From an uncultured Thermoplasmata archaeon (GTDB taxonomy: Archaea > Thermoplasmatota > Thermoplasmata > UBA10834): DNA of 64,000 bases. The stretch covers positions 480,001 to 544,000 of the forward strand of contig CAVRDX010000001.1 in the NCBI GenBank assembly GCA_963719945.1. The letters are read 5' to 3'. Below are positions 1 through 9,423 of the stretch, in pieces (positions within the stretch are counted from its first letter, which is position 1; each line of letters starts with the position of its first letter). A program made the translations under genes and the position numbers. A model generated the notes under the pieces. That model searched no databases and was not told the origin of the DNA. It saw nothing but the letters and a program-made list of their open reading frames with translations.

Positions 1-99
1 AATCGTCTATTCGAAGATAGAGATGGACCATCAAGAACACAGCCGCGTCCTAAACCTTTGATTGAAAAGCGAGAATATATGTCTGGCTATGCATAGGTG

Positions 100-171
100 T
101 GGACCCTGTGGGATTTGAACCCACGACCTCTTCCTTGCGAAGGAAGCGATCTTCCACTGATCTAAGGGCCC
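100..171 (-). tRNA. tRNA-Ala(CGC)
   Basis: Reverse complement folds as a cloverleaf: acceptor GGGCCCT/AGGGTCC with the G3:U70 Ala determinant, anticodon arm CTTCC-TTCGCAA-GGAAG, T-arm GTGGG-TTCAAAT-CCCAC. Confidence 0.96.
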
Positions 172-214
172 GTATGCTTGCTCGGGAGCTGACGAGAGAT
201 ATTTCTATCTTTCG

Positions 215-1552
215 TCAGGCTACAATTCTCAGGATGTTGTCCACGGTCTGTCCCGCCGTGCCCAGATACGCCCTGGGATCCAATGCTGCATCTATGTCCG
301 CTTCCGACAGCAGGCCAGCAACTTCCTTGTTCGCCATCAAATATGATTTGAAATCCTCGCATGCTCTCTGGGATTCCATGCTGCACTTCCGTATCAGTTC
401 GTGAGCGTCCTGTCTTCCCATCCCTTTTCCGACGAGTGCGAGAATGACCGATTCGGCCATTATGACGCTTCCAGCCCTTGCAAGATTGCGCTGCATCTGC
501 TCTTTGTTAACCACAAGGCCCGCGTACATCTGGGTCATCTTTGCAAGCATGTCATCCAACAGTATGAACGAATGCGGGATGAAGAATCGCTCGGCCGATG
601 AGTTGGTCAGGTCCCTCTCGTGCCATAGGATTGCGCTCTCGAAAGCAGGCGTCATGAATCCCCTGACTATCCTTGCTAGACCACAGACATTCTCCGCAGT
701 GACAGGATTTTTCTTGTGGGCCATCGTGGAACTGCCGACTTGGTTGTTTTCGTCGAAAGGCTCTGAGACCTCTCCCAACTCCCCTCTCTGGAGGTTCCTG
801 ACCTCAGTTGCGAACTTCTCAATCGAACATGCGATGTTCGTAAGGACTGCCATCAGCTCAACGTATCTGTCGCGGCCGACTATCTGTGTAGGTCCTTCCT
901 CGACGCCAAGCCCAAGTTCCTCCATCACAGCCTTCTGGATCTCGGTTGCCTTGGGCCCGAAGCCTGCGCCTGTGCCCACCGCTCCGCTCATCTTGCCCAC
1001 GAGTATCCGCGTGGAGCATTCCCTCAGCCGCTGCTCCTGTCTGTGTATCTCAAGGGCGTAGTTGGCGACCTTGAGTCCGAATGTGATTGGAAGTGCGTAT
1101 TGACCATGGGTCCTGCCGACCATGATAGTGTCACGGTTCTCCTTCGCTCTCTCAGCGAGGACTTTCTTGAACTCTGCGAGATCCTTCTGGATGATCTCGA
1201 TCGCGTCCTTGATCTGTAATGCCGCAGCCGTATCGAGGATGTCATTCGAGGTGGCGCCCACATGCACGTATTTCCCGCTCTCGCCACATTGCTCGCTCAA
1301 CGCGCGTATCAACGCCGTTATCTCATGGTTTATCTTGGCATCGATCTCCTGCACTCGGGCGAGTTTGACGTACCTTGTCGATGCGGTCTTCTTTATGATG
1401 TCCGCATGGTCCTGCTTGATGTTCCCTACCTTGGCATGAGCAAGCGACAATGCAGCCTCCACATCTAGCAGTCGCTGGAGACGGTTCTCCTCTTCGAAAG
1501 TCTTCTTCATTTCGGCTCTGCCGTACCTGAAATCCAATGGACAGACTGGCAT
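215..1552 (-). CDS. purB: adenylosuccinate lyase
   Basis: GRTHGQ and SSTMAHKKNP fumarase/ASL signature, HERDLTNS; start placed at ATG of MPVCPLDFRYG. Confidence 0.96.
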   Translation of the reverse strand: MPVCPLDFRYGRAEMKKTFEEENRLQRLLDVEAALSLAHAKVGNIKQDHADIIKKTASTRYVKLARVQEIDAKINHEITALIRALSEQCGESGKYVHVGATSNDILDTAAALQIKDAIEIIQKDLAEFKKVLAERAKENRDTIMVGRTHGQYALPITFGLKVANYALEIHRQEQRLRECSTRILVGKMSGAVGTGAGFGPKATEIQKAVMEELGLGVEEGPTQIVGRDRYVELMAVLTNIACSIEKFATEVRNLQRGELGEVSEPFDENNQVGSSTMAHKKNPVTAENVCGLARIVRGFMTPAFESAILWHERDLTNSSAERFFIPHSFILLDDMLAKMTQMYAGLVVNKEQMQRNLARAGSVIMAESVILALVGKGMGRQDAHELIRKCSMESQRACEDFKSYLMANKEVAGLLSEADIDAALDPRAYLGTAGQTVDNILRIVA

Positions 1553-1705
1553 GGGACTCTCTCCCGACAATAGGACATATACACAAGAGACATAATGGTT
1601 TCGCGCATCCGGCAGCCCCTCCGTATATTGCCAGGACCCTTATCACCACTGATAACCTGACGAAAACCTGCTTAAATGGTGCCAATGCTCTTTCAATGGA
1701 GCTAG

Positions 1706-2077
1706 ATGACCCCCGAAGAGAAATCCCAGGAAGTGTCCAAGCTTCTGGCGGACAATTATTCCCAGAAGATCCTTGCGTACACCTACTCATCGCCCATGTC
1801 TGCCCAGAAACTGAGCAAGCTATGCCGCATACCCATCGCTGCTTGCTACAGGAGGATACACGAGCTGGAAGAGGCAGGGCTCATAACCATAGACCAGGAG
1901 AAGGAGGTCTATAAAGGTCGTAGAGTGAGGATGTACAAGTGTCGTCTGAAGTCGGCTGCGATCAAATTCTCAAAAGGTAGGTTCTCGGTCAAGTTCGATG
2001 TTCATCCTGAAAATGGCGATTTGGATGAGGAAGACACGGGGAACAGGGTCACGCGTCTGGGGTCCCAGTATTCTTAG
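1706..2077 (+). CDS. winged-helix (ArsR-like) transcriptional regulator
   Basis: PMSAQKLSKLCRIPIAACYRRIHELEEAGL wHTH; paralog at 7892-8275. Confidence 0.8.
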   Translation: MTPEEKSQEVSKLLADNYSQKILAYTYSSPMSAQKLSKLCRIPIAACYRRIHELEEAGLITIDQEKEVYKGRRVRMYKCRLKSAAIKFSKGRFSVKFDVHPENGDLDEEDTGNRVTRLGSQYS

Positions 2078-2670
2078 GCGATGTTCCTTCGGTCCAGCTC
2101 GTTATTCACTAGCGTCAGACAGTGGTCTGCATGGTAGCTGACCGGTCCCAGGGAGATCTTCTTCGGCTCGTAGTTCATCAGTATCTCCTCCTCCTCGGGA
2201 GTGAGGTCCTGGTCGTCACCAAGAACGAATGTGTTGTCCTGAACGAAGTCGCATGACCTGATGTCCACCCCGTCCTCTTTGAGATAGTACATCTGGGACT
2301 CCTTTGAAATGTTCGACAAGACCTCCTCATAGCTGCGTTCGGAGACATATATGCCTGGAGAGCACCTTCTCTCGCCCTCACCCTTCTGCATCAGTGCGTT
2401 CCTGATCAGCGCGGCAGTGCTCCGTTCGTCAGGATTGAGGTATTTGACCTCTGACCCATCGATCCTTATGGTCTTGGGTGGGTTGGGCTCTCCCAGGAGC
2501 ATGAGGGTGATCTCCACGTCTCTTCGGATGGAATGTGATAGAAAGAACGCTGAGTTGACGCATCTGAGGAGGATATCCAATCGTCCGGTCGACCCGCAGA
2601 GGTCATCGAGCTTGAAATCTGCGGACGTGATGGCCCTATGGCCCAATACAACGAACCGTCTCATCGTCAT
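2074..2670 (-). CDS. trmY: tRNA (pseudouridine54-N1)-methyltransferase (SPOUT, DUF358)
   Basis: MRRFVV..H, GRLDILLRC..SAFFLSH..R, PDERS, LGD, ISLGP..YHADHC. Confidence 0.92.
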   Translation of the reverse strand: MTMRRFVVLGHRAITSADFKLDDLCGSTGRLDILLRCVNSAFFLSHSIRRDVEITLMLLGEPNPPKTIRIDGSEVKYLNPDERSTAALIRNALMQKGEGERRCSPGIYVSERSYEEVLSNISKESQMYYLKEDGVDIRSCDFVQDNTFVLGDDQDLTPEEEEILMNYEPKKISLGPVSYHADHCLTLVNNELDRRNIA

Positions 2671-4010
2671 GCCTCCTTGGTAGAGAAGTCCGCTCCTTTG
2701 AACTGCTTCATGAGCTGCCTGCGCATCTTCCGGTTGCCCATGAAACCCTTCATGGCCTTCTTGGACATGTCATATTGCTTCAACAGCTCCTTGACTTCCT
2801 TTGTTGTAGTTCCGCTCCCGCGCGCAACCCTGATGATCCTGGACGATTTGATGAGCTTCGGGTTCTCCAGCTCCTCTTCGGTCATGGAATCCATTATAAC
2901 CCTGAACCTTGCCAAACGCTCCTGGGTCGCCTCCATGTCCTGGTCCTGAAGCTTGTCTGACATGCCTGGCAACATGGATGCGATCTTCTTCAGAGGCCCC
3001 ATACCCTGGAGCATCTCCATCTGATCGTACATCTCCTTCAGAGAGAACTTGCCGGACATCATCTTGCGTGCGGATTCTTCGGCCTTCTCCTCATCCATGA
3101 CCTCGCTCGCGACCTCTATGAGGGACTTTATATCCCCCATCCCTAGCAGCCTGCTTATGAACCTATCAGGGTCGAACCGCTCGAGATCCTCGAGATGCTC
3201 TCCCACTCCGACGTAACATATCGGGGCACCTGTCTCCGCGACCGCGCTGAGTGCGCCGCCGCCTTTGGCGGTGCCGTCCAACTTGGTTATTATCACGCCA
3301 GTGACATGAACCGCGTCATGGAACGCCTTCGCCTGAGGACCTGCCTGCTGTCCCGTCTGGGCGTCCAGGACCAGTATCTTCTGCTCAGCGTCGACTATCT
3401 TGGCGACTGATTCGATCTCATCGATCAGGTCGTCCTCTAAGGCGTGTCTGCCAGATGTGTCGAATATGATGACATCGTAATCCGAGAACTCCTTCATCGC
3501 CCGCTTCGCTATCTTGACAGCGCTCTTCTCTTTGGGATCGCCGAACACGGGCACGTTTATCTTGGCGCCTATCTGGGTCAGCTGATCAAAGGCAGCAGGC
3601 CTGTGGACATCGGCGGCAACGAGGCCGACCTTCATGCCCCTCTTGTGGAGGTCCTTGGCCAATTTGCCGGAAGTGGTCGTCTTTCCTTGGCCATAGAGAC
3701 CCACCATCAGGATGCGCTGGGGTTTGGCAGGTATCTCCCTGCCCTTGCCGATGATCTTGACCAGCTCCTCATAGACTATCTTTATGACATGCTCTCGCGA
3801 ACTCATGCCCGCAGGAGGCTTCTCTGTGAGAGCTCTATGCTCGAGCTCCTTGGTCATCGAGATGACGAGCTTGACATTGATGTCGGCTTGGAGGAGCGCA
3901 CGCTGAATATCCTTCACGACTTCCTTGACAAGCCTCTGATCAACATGCGATGCGTTGGCGATCTTTTTTATCGCATCTTTTAGAGCGCCACCGAGGTTTT
4001 CCAGTACCAT
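2667..4010 (-). CDS. srp54: signal recognition particle 54 kDa protein
   Basis: GLYGQGKTT, DTSGR, TKLDGTAKGGG, Met-rich M domain with RIIRVARGSG. Confidence 0.97.
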   Translation of the reverse strand: MVLENLGGALKDAIKKIANASHVDQRLVKEVVKDIQRALLQADINVKLVISMTKELEHRALTEKPPAGMSSREHVIKIVYEELVKIIGKGREIPAKPQRILMVGLYGQGKTTTSGKLAKDLHKRGMKVGLVAADVHRPAAFDQLTQIGAKINVPVFGDPKEKSAVKIAKRAMKEFSDYDVIIFDTSGRHALEDDLIDEIESVAKIVDAEQKILVLDAQTGQQAGPQAKAFHDAVHVTGVIITKLDGTAKGGGALSAVAETGAPICYVGVGEHLEDLERFDPDRFISRLLGMGDIKSLIEVASEVMDEEKAEESARKMMSGKFSLKEMYDQMEMLQGMGPLKKIASMLPGMSDKLQDQDMEATQERLARFRVIMDSMTEEELENPKLIKSSRIIRVARGSGTTTKEVKELLKQYDMSKKAMKGFMGNRKMRRQLMKQFKGADFSTKEA

Positions 4011-4312
4011 CTGAATCTACTTCCGCCGCTAACGCTACGCTTCGGATAAATATGTTGCGTAGTTGTTCTTTGAATTACAAAAAAAGGGAAGGGAAGGGCT
4101 AGCCTTGTCAGAAGGGATGGGATGCACTCTAACAACTAGCCCAAAATTTCCCGAGTGATATATTGGCGGTGCTCTATTTATACTTGTCGAATCAGCCCTT
4201 AAATACTTTCCCAGGACAGAAGTCTTGGGCGAAGTGCCTAGCCAGCATGTCAAGGAAATAACGTCGCTTTTTCGACTGGCAAGACCCCCTCTTCATGTGG
4301 AGCCTGTGCACC

Positions 4313-5185
4313 TCACATGTACCCGGATTTCTGCAGTACCATGATGTCTTCGGTGCTGAGCTTCTCGCCACTCCGGAACTTGTCGTAGATCTCCTCTGCC
4401 TCTTTCTTGACAGAGTCCTCATCCTTCTCTCTACGAGATTTACGGCCCTTGTCCCGGATGCCCGTTATGATCTTATCGAAATCGTGAACCTGTCGGATAT
4501 GCTCGATGTGTTCGCGGTGCTCCTCGTCAGCAGTCAGTTTTGCCTCAATGAACTTCTCCTGGGCATCATCGGCCTGCTTTCTGATGTCGTCCGCTTGCTC
4601 ATAGAGCTTCAGCATGGCATCGTGCTCCATCTGCGCCTTCTCGGCGTATTCGGAGACCTGTCCGTGGAATGCCTCGGCCTGGTCCTTGGCTTCCCTTGCA
4701 TCGTGCTCAGCGGTCTTTACCTCGGTGAACTGCTCCATCTCCTTCTCCAAGGCGCGTATCTTGTTGCTGAGCGAGGATATCTCTTCGACCAGGGCCCTCT
4801 CCTTCTCTGTGGTCAGGACCGATGTCATATGCTTCTTCTCGAGGGCTCTCAGCTCGGCCTTGTATTTTCGGATCGATTGACCGCTCTTGGGCATGTTCTC
4901 ACGCTTGAGCGTGATGACTTTATCGCTCTGGTCGTTGAACTTCCTGTTCCACTCATCTCTCTTGGCCTTTACTGCTCGGACCTCGGCGTTGAGCTTGTCC
5001 CTCATCTCGCGTCTCGCGTTGGCCTCTTCTATAAGCTTTCGAACCTGTGCGTTCAATTCATCTCTTCGGTCGGCCCATTCCCTGGTCTTCTCATTGAGCT
5101 CATCTCTGAGCCTCTTGTGCCGTTCGGCATCGGCATTGTGCCGTGCCCGCTTCTCTTCGAGTTCCGCAACAAGCTCTTCCGTCAT
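4313..5185 (-). CDS. conserved archaeal coiled-coil protein (COG1340-like)
   Basis: All-helical E/K/R-rich sequence, RDELN repeats, C-terminal AEEIYDKFRSGEKLSTEDIMVLQ; start at MTEELVAELE. Confidence 0.8.
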   Translation of the reverse strand: MTEELVAELEEKRARHNADAERHKRLRDELNEKTREWADRRDELNAQVRKLIEEANARREMRDKLNAEVRAVKAKRDEWNRKFNDQSDKVITLKRENMPKSGQSIRKYKAELRALEKKHMTSVLTTEKERALVEEISSLSNKIRALEKEMEQFTEVKTAEHDAREAKDQAEAFHGQVSEYAEKAQMEHDAMLKLYEQADDIRKQADDAQEKFIEAKLTADEEHREHIEHIRQVHDFDKIITGIRDKGRKSRREKDEDSVKKEAEEIYDKFRSGEKLSTEDIMVLQKSGYM

Positions 5186-5416
5186 ACTGTACCAACACGC
5201 CGTCAGAACACACATTGTATTGTGGACGCAGTCAGGACAATGATAGGTCCCGTTTATATCTTTTTCGATGTATGGCAATCGCTTGGTAATGTATCCTCGG
5301 GATGGAATCGTGGTCGTTGGGACGACGAACCAAGGGTCGTCCGAACGCATATTCGTCTCGAAAACATCGGCAATCTGCTTATATGGAATAACACATTAGT
5401 GATTGATAGTCGCGTA

Positions 5417-6112
5417 GTGGGTGTGCGACCAGTGAATGAGAAAGATCTCCAGCTAGTCCAGATTATCAGCTCAGAGATTCAGACAGAAGGAGACAGCGCG
5501 CTGTATCTAATATCGGTGAAGTATACCAATCTGGTCCGATTGAACTTGGTTCTTCTGAAAGCGCTCTTGGAGCAGAAACAGAAGAAAGGCATCATGATAA
5601 CGATCGATCGACCTCATCAATATGTCTCGCATCTCCTCCAGCTCCATAGCATTGATCAGAGCAACCTCACTTTCGTTGATGCCATTTCCATACACTCATC
5701 AGATACGAAAGGCGGTGCAGTCGCTGCGGAATTCCAGAAAGGCCCTTTCCATATCGAGGTGTTGCCGGAGTTCATAGCGGGCTCGAACGGCTCCAATCCT
5801 GCCATCATTTCGGAGTTCTCACATGTCGAGTTCGTCGTGATGGACAATGTGTCCACTCTGCTGACATATAACACGATGGAGAGCGTCGAGACATTCTTCG
5901 CAAAGTATCTCGACGTCGTGAAGAATAGAGCTACCCACCGAGTGATCACTGTATTGGCGATGGACAAGGAGGTCCATTCGATCCTCTTCGAATTTGTGTC
6001 CAAAATTGCGACGAAGACTATCGAATTGTCTCCTGACATGAAGATACAACATGTCTTTCAGGGCAATCCTGGAGGACCGACTGAGCGCGAAATTTCGAAG
6101 GATGTGATGTGA
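5417..6112 (+). CDS. degenerate KaiC/RecA-fold protein without Walker A
   Basis: GIMITIDRP, LTFVDAIS, FVVMDNVSTLLTYN resemble the RecA-fold core, but no GxxGxGKT; overlaps the downstream KaiC gene; start uncertain (GTG 5417 or 5432). Confidence 0.65.
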   Translation: MGVRPVNEKDLQLVQIISSEIQTEGDSALYLISVKYTNLVRLNLVLLKALLEQKQKKGIMITIDRPHQYVSHLLQLHSIDQSNLTFVDAISIHSSDTKGGAVAAEFQKGPFHIEVLPEFIAGSNGSNPAIISEFSHVEFVVMDNVSTLLTYNTMESVETFFAKYLDVVKNRATHRVITVLAMDKEVHSILFEFVSKIATKTIELSPDMKIQHVFQGNPGGPTEREISKDVM

Positions 6113-6114
6113 AT

Positions 6115-6801
6115 ATGAACGAGAATGGCTTTCCGAGACTGAACAGTGGTATTCCAGGCCTGGACGATATGATAGAGGGCGGCTTCCCATATCCCTCGGT
6201 TATTCTCGTTGCTGGCGGAGCCGGCTCTGGGAAGACCACGTTCGCTCAGAAATTCCTGTTCTCAGGCGCTGAGAATGGCGAGCAGGGCCTCTACATCAGT
6301 ACACTGAGCGAGCCAGCGCAGTGGATGCTGAGATATGCGACCCAGTTCGAGTTCGCGAAGCGTGAGTTCTACGGCAAGGAGATTGTGTACTTCGACCTCG
6401 GCCTCGAGCTCCGAAAGAGAAGCGGAGAGGAGATACTCGACATCATAGACACGAAGATCGCAGAAGTGATGCCCACGAGGATCGTCATCGATCCAATCAC
6501 GGTCGTGGGAACCATGATGAAGGATGATTACAGGATATTCGCGTTCGATCTCACGACCAGATTGAAGAATTGGCAGGCCGTCACCCTTCTGACCGGCGAA
6601 GTGCATCCGGGCGAGCTGTATCCCGCCGAGATATCGTATGCAGTAGACGGGGTCATCCTTCTGATGCTCTCCGACGAAGGCGATGCCAGACGAAAATACA
6701 TAGAGGTGCTCAAGATGAGAGGCACCAACCATCTGACTGGGAAGCAGTCAGTCGATATAACGCGCAAAGATGGCGTGATTGTGCTCAAGGCGAGATTCTG
6801 A
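6115..6801 (+). CDS. single-domain KaiC/RAD55-family ATPase
   Basis: SGIPGLDDMIEGGF, Walker A GGAGSGKT, RIVIDPIT, DGVILL, LKMRGT. Confidence 0.9.
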   Translation: MNENGFPRLNSGIPGLDDMIEGGFPYPSVILVAGGAGSGKTTFAQKFLFSGAENGEQGLYISTLSEPAQWMLRYATQFEFAKREFYGKEIVYFDLGLELRKRSGEEILDIIDTKIAEVMPTRIVIDPITVVGTMMKDDYRIFAFDLTTRLKNWQAVTLLTGEVHPGELYPAEISYAVDGVILLMLSDEGDARRKYIEVLKMRGTNHLTGKQSVDITRKDGVIVLKARF

Positions 6802-6935
6802 ACCTCCTGGCGCCTAAGCACTGGCGTGTTCGGGTGTTATCAGCGCTGATTTCTGTGTCGACACCCGTATAAGTAATCCTCTCCAATTGTAAACTGAGAG
6901 AAACGATTCGAAACACTGAAGAGAGGATATGGGAG

Positions 6936-7880
6936 ATGAAAGCGAACCGCGAGAAGACTGATGAAAGAACCGACGATAATGATGCTCCAGACGAGGCCAG
7001 GAGATTAGGCAAGAAAGGTACGTTCATCACTGTCAAGGAAGAGAAGAGACATCTGAGGCGGGTCGTAAAGGCGAAGCCTATGAGCAGAAAGCACATGGCG
7101 GATGCCCTGAAAGCTCCCAAGGTGACCCGGGATGATATCCAGATCACCGCTCAAGTTCTAGATCAGTTCGTTGCCAAGCCTTCTAGCGCACCTCCGAGGC
7201 CCATAAGGCGGACTTTCCAATGCTTCGAGTGTGGCACACAGATGCCTGACGGCTCAGAGATGTGCCCGAAATGCCGCACATTGTACATACAAGGAATTGA
7301 CGAGGAGCAGATGGAGGAACTCTTGCGCGCCGAGAACCTCAAGGAATTCCAGCCAGAGGATTTCGTTGCAAAGGACGGCAATCCCATGATACACTTCGAC
7401 GCCGAGCTGGGCATTCTGCACTATCTGGAGGACGATAAGGGTGATCCAGACTTCGTCTTCGAGTGCACACATTGCGGTACAGTGGTTGAATTGAACACTG
7501 ACAGATGTCCGTTATGCGGCACCCGGCTGGAGCTTGGAGACACCGGTCTTGTGGGCATATTCGCGGATATGGAGTTCGACAACAACCCGCTCGATGAGGT
7601 AGACTGTCCTTTCTGCGGGCAGCATGGTGTGCTCGATTCAGGGAAGTGCTCCGCTTGTGGTCAGATGATTGAGAATCCAGATGGCATCGATGCTGGCAAG
7701 ATAATGCCCGTCCTGAAGGTTGACAATGTCGTGTTCCTTCATCTCGATATAGAGACGGGTGATGTGAATTATCTCCAGAGGGCTGCTAACAAGCCAGGCT
7801 TCGAGCACGCGTCAGTGCATCTGCAAGGCATCGGAAGCAGCAACTTCGACCAGGAATGGTCCGGTCTGTCAAGGATTTAG
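6936..7880 (+). CDS. multi zinc-ribbon protein
   Basis: Three CxxC..CxxC ribbons (CFECG/CPKCR, CTHCG/CPLCG, CPFCG/CSACG). Confidence 0.75.
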   Translation: MKANREKTDERTDDNDAPDEARRLGKKGTFITVKEEKRHLRRVVKAKPMSRKHMADALKAPKVTRDDIQITAQVLDQFVAKPSSAPPRPIRRTFQCFECGTQMPDGSEMCPKCRTLYIQGIDEEQMEELLRAENLKEFQPEDFVAKDGNPMIHFDAELGILHYLEDDKGDPDFVFECTHCGTVVELNTDRCPLCGTRLELGDTGLVGIFADMEFDNNPLDEVDCPFCGQHGVLDSGKCSACGQMIENPDGIDAGKIMPVLKVDNVVFLHLDIETGDVNYLQRAANKPGFEHASVHLQGIGSSNFDQEWSGLSRI

Positions 7881-7891
7881 GTTGTGATACG

Positions 7892-8275
7892 ATGAATGCA
7901 TTGGATTCCTTCAAACTCATGCTCGATGAATACTCATCGAAGATAATCTCCATGACGGAGGTGCAGGCCATGAATGCCACTGATATCAGTGAAGCGCTAG
8001 GAATACCAATCGCGGCCTGCTATAGGCGTATCCGTCTGCTCAGGCAGGCAGGAATGATCCGAGAAGAGGACAAGGCGGTGTCCATCGGCGGCAAGTCAGT
8101 TGCAATGTATCGTTCTACAGTCGAATCCGCCGAGGTGGTCCTCCAGGATGGAAGACTGCGCGTATTTGTCAAAGCCAATGGGGAATCCAGCTCCGAAACA
8201 GTCAACCTGGACGATGAGCCATCCTTCCTGCACTGGTCCGCACAGGACCAGGTATTAAGCCGAAAGATAAGGTGA
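7892..8275 (+). CDS. winged-helix (ArsR-like) transcriptional regulator
   Basis: MNATDISEALGIPIAACYRRIRLLRQAGMI; shares IPIAACYRRI with 1706-2077. Confidence 0.78.
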   Translation: MNALDSFKLMLDEYSSKIISMTEVQAMNATDISEALGIPIAACYRRIRLLRQAGMIREEDKAVSIGGKSVAMYRSTVESAEVVLQDGRLRVFVKANGESSSETVNLDDEPSFLHWSAQDQVLSRKIR

Positions 8276-8285
8276 TTTAGAGATA

Positions 8286-8978
8286 TCAGGCCTTCTCGAG
8301 GTTGTCCGCCCTCTTGCCATACATCCGGGACTCGCTCTCATGAGATTTGCTCTTCTCCAGGAACTTAGCGGCCCTCGTCCTATACTTGGCAGCCTTCTCA
8401 GTCTGATCCGCTGCGCGTGATTCATATTTTCTGGCAACTGACTCTTGCTTCGCCGTCTTTCGCTCAAGGACCGCTATCTTGTTCCTGAGGGCCTCAGGGC
8501 TCAGGTCGCTCTTGCCCTGCGCAGCTCCCCTCAGCTCAAGGTCATATTCTTTTGTCGCAGTTCTGTGCGCTTTGGCCTTCTCTCGTCTCACAGCTGCCTT
8601 CTCGCGGTATGCAACAGCTCTGGAAGAGCATTTCTGGCGTCTGGCCTCGTTGCTCTTGTATTTGTGGAAGAACTTTGCTGCCTTGTGGCTGTGTTCATGC
8701 GATTTCTTCCTGAGCACCGCTACATCGTGATATGCCTCAGCTGCAGCCCTTCCCGTCCTGGCTGCCTTGATCTGTTCATCGTGCTCCTCATCGGATGCTT
8801 CCTTAGGTGGTCGGTCCTCTTCCTCCTCCGATGGTTGGACTTTCTTGGCCGATGGTTCAGATGATACTGGCTTGGTGCTCTTAGAAGGCTCCCTCTTGGT
8901 GAGGAATGCATCTATATCATCGTCTTTGTTCTTCTGAAACTCACGCTTCTTGTAGACGCTTTCCTCCGGAGGACCCAT
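8286..8978 (-). CDS. hypothetical protein, acidic N-terminus and basic helical/coiled-coil C-terminus
   Basis: Long ORF with an AGGTGAG SD upstream of ATG; A/K/R/E-rich. Confidence 0.65.
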   Translation of the reverse strand: MGPPEESVYKKREFQKNKDDDIDAFLTKREPSKSTKPVSSEPSAKKVQPSEEEEDRPPKEASDEEHDEQIKAARTGRAAAEAYHDVAVLRKKSHEHSHKAAKFFHKYKSNEARRQKCSSRAVAYREKAAVRREKAKAHRTATKEYDLELRGAAQGKSDLSPEALRNKIAVLERKTAKQESVARKYESRAADQTEKAAKYRTRAAKFLEKSKSHESESRMYGKRADNLEKA

Positions 8979-9179
8979 TTGACTCACCTATGCGACACGA
9001 TGGCTTCCCATGTGTAAAATCATTGTGTTCCGTCATAATGCTTTTGTCCGAATTGTCACGACTGATGAGATTTGGGCCGGGAATCGCCTTTGGATACCGT
9101 GATTCTTTCTATCTATGGGTGGTTTCGGATAAATTATATACTCATAGACCCCGTTTGCAGCTTCAACGGAAGGGATTCC

Positions 9180-9413
9180 ATGGTAAAAGCATGCATATTA
9201 GTGTGTTGCAAATTGCTTAAAACAAAAAGGATCGTGGATATTGCGAAGAAGCTACCAGGTGTCGTTGAGGCTTTCCCAGTACACGGAAGATGGGATATTG
9301 CTATCGAAACCGAGGACATGGACTTGGCAAAGATCGCGAAGATAGGAATGACCATATACGGCTCCGAGGGCGTCGAGATCGTCGAAACCCTGATCGGATT
9401 CCCGGAGATCTGA
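9180..9413 (+). CDS. stand-alone Lrp/AsnC ligand-binding (RAM) domain protein
   Basis: VKACILV..LPGVVEAFPVHGRWDI..GVEIVETLI; no HTH. Confidence 0.8.
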   Translation: MVKACILVCCKLLKTKRIVDIAKKLPGVVEAFPVHGRWDIAIETEDMDLAKIAKIGMTIYGSEGVEIVETLIGFPEI

Positions 9414-9423
9414 GGTGATTCAA

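Noticed and set aside
99-404. 101-aa ORF MDPVGFEPTT
   Set aside because: Antisense translation of tRNA-Ala and the purB 3' end
4295-5416. 605-aa plus-strand ORF 4295-6112 as one protein
   Set aside because: The first ~370 codons are the antisense shadow of the coiled-coil gene; only the portion from ~5417 looks like a real protein
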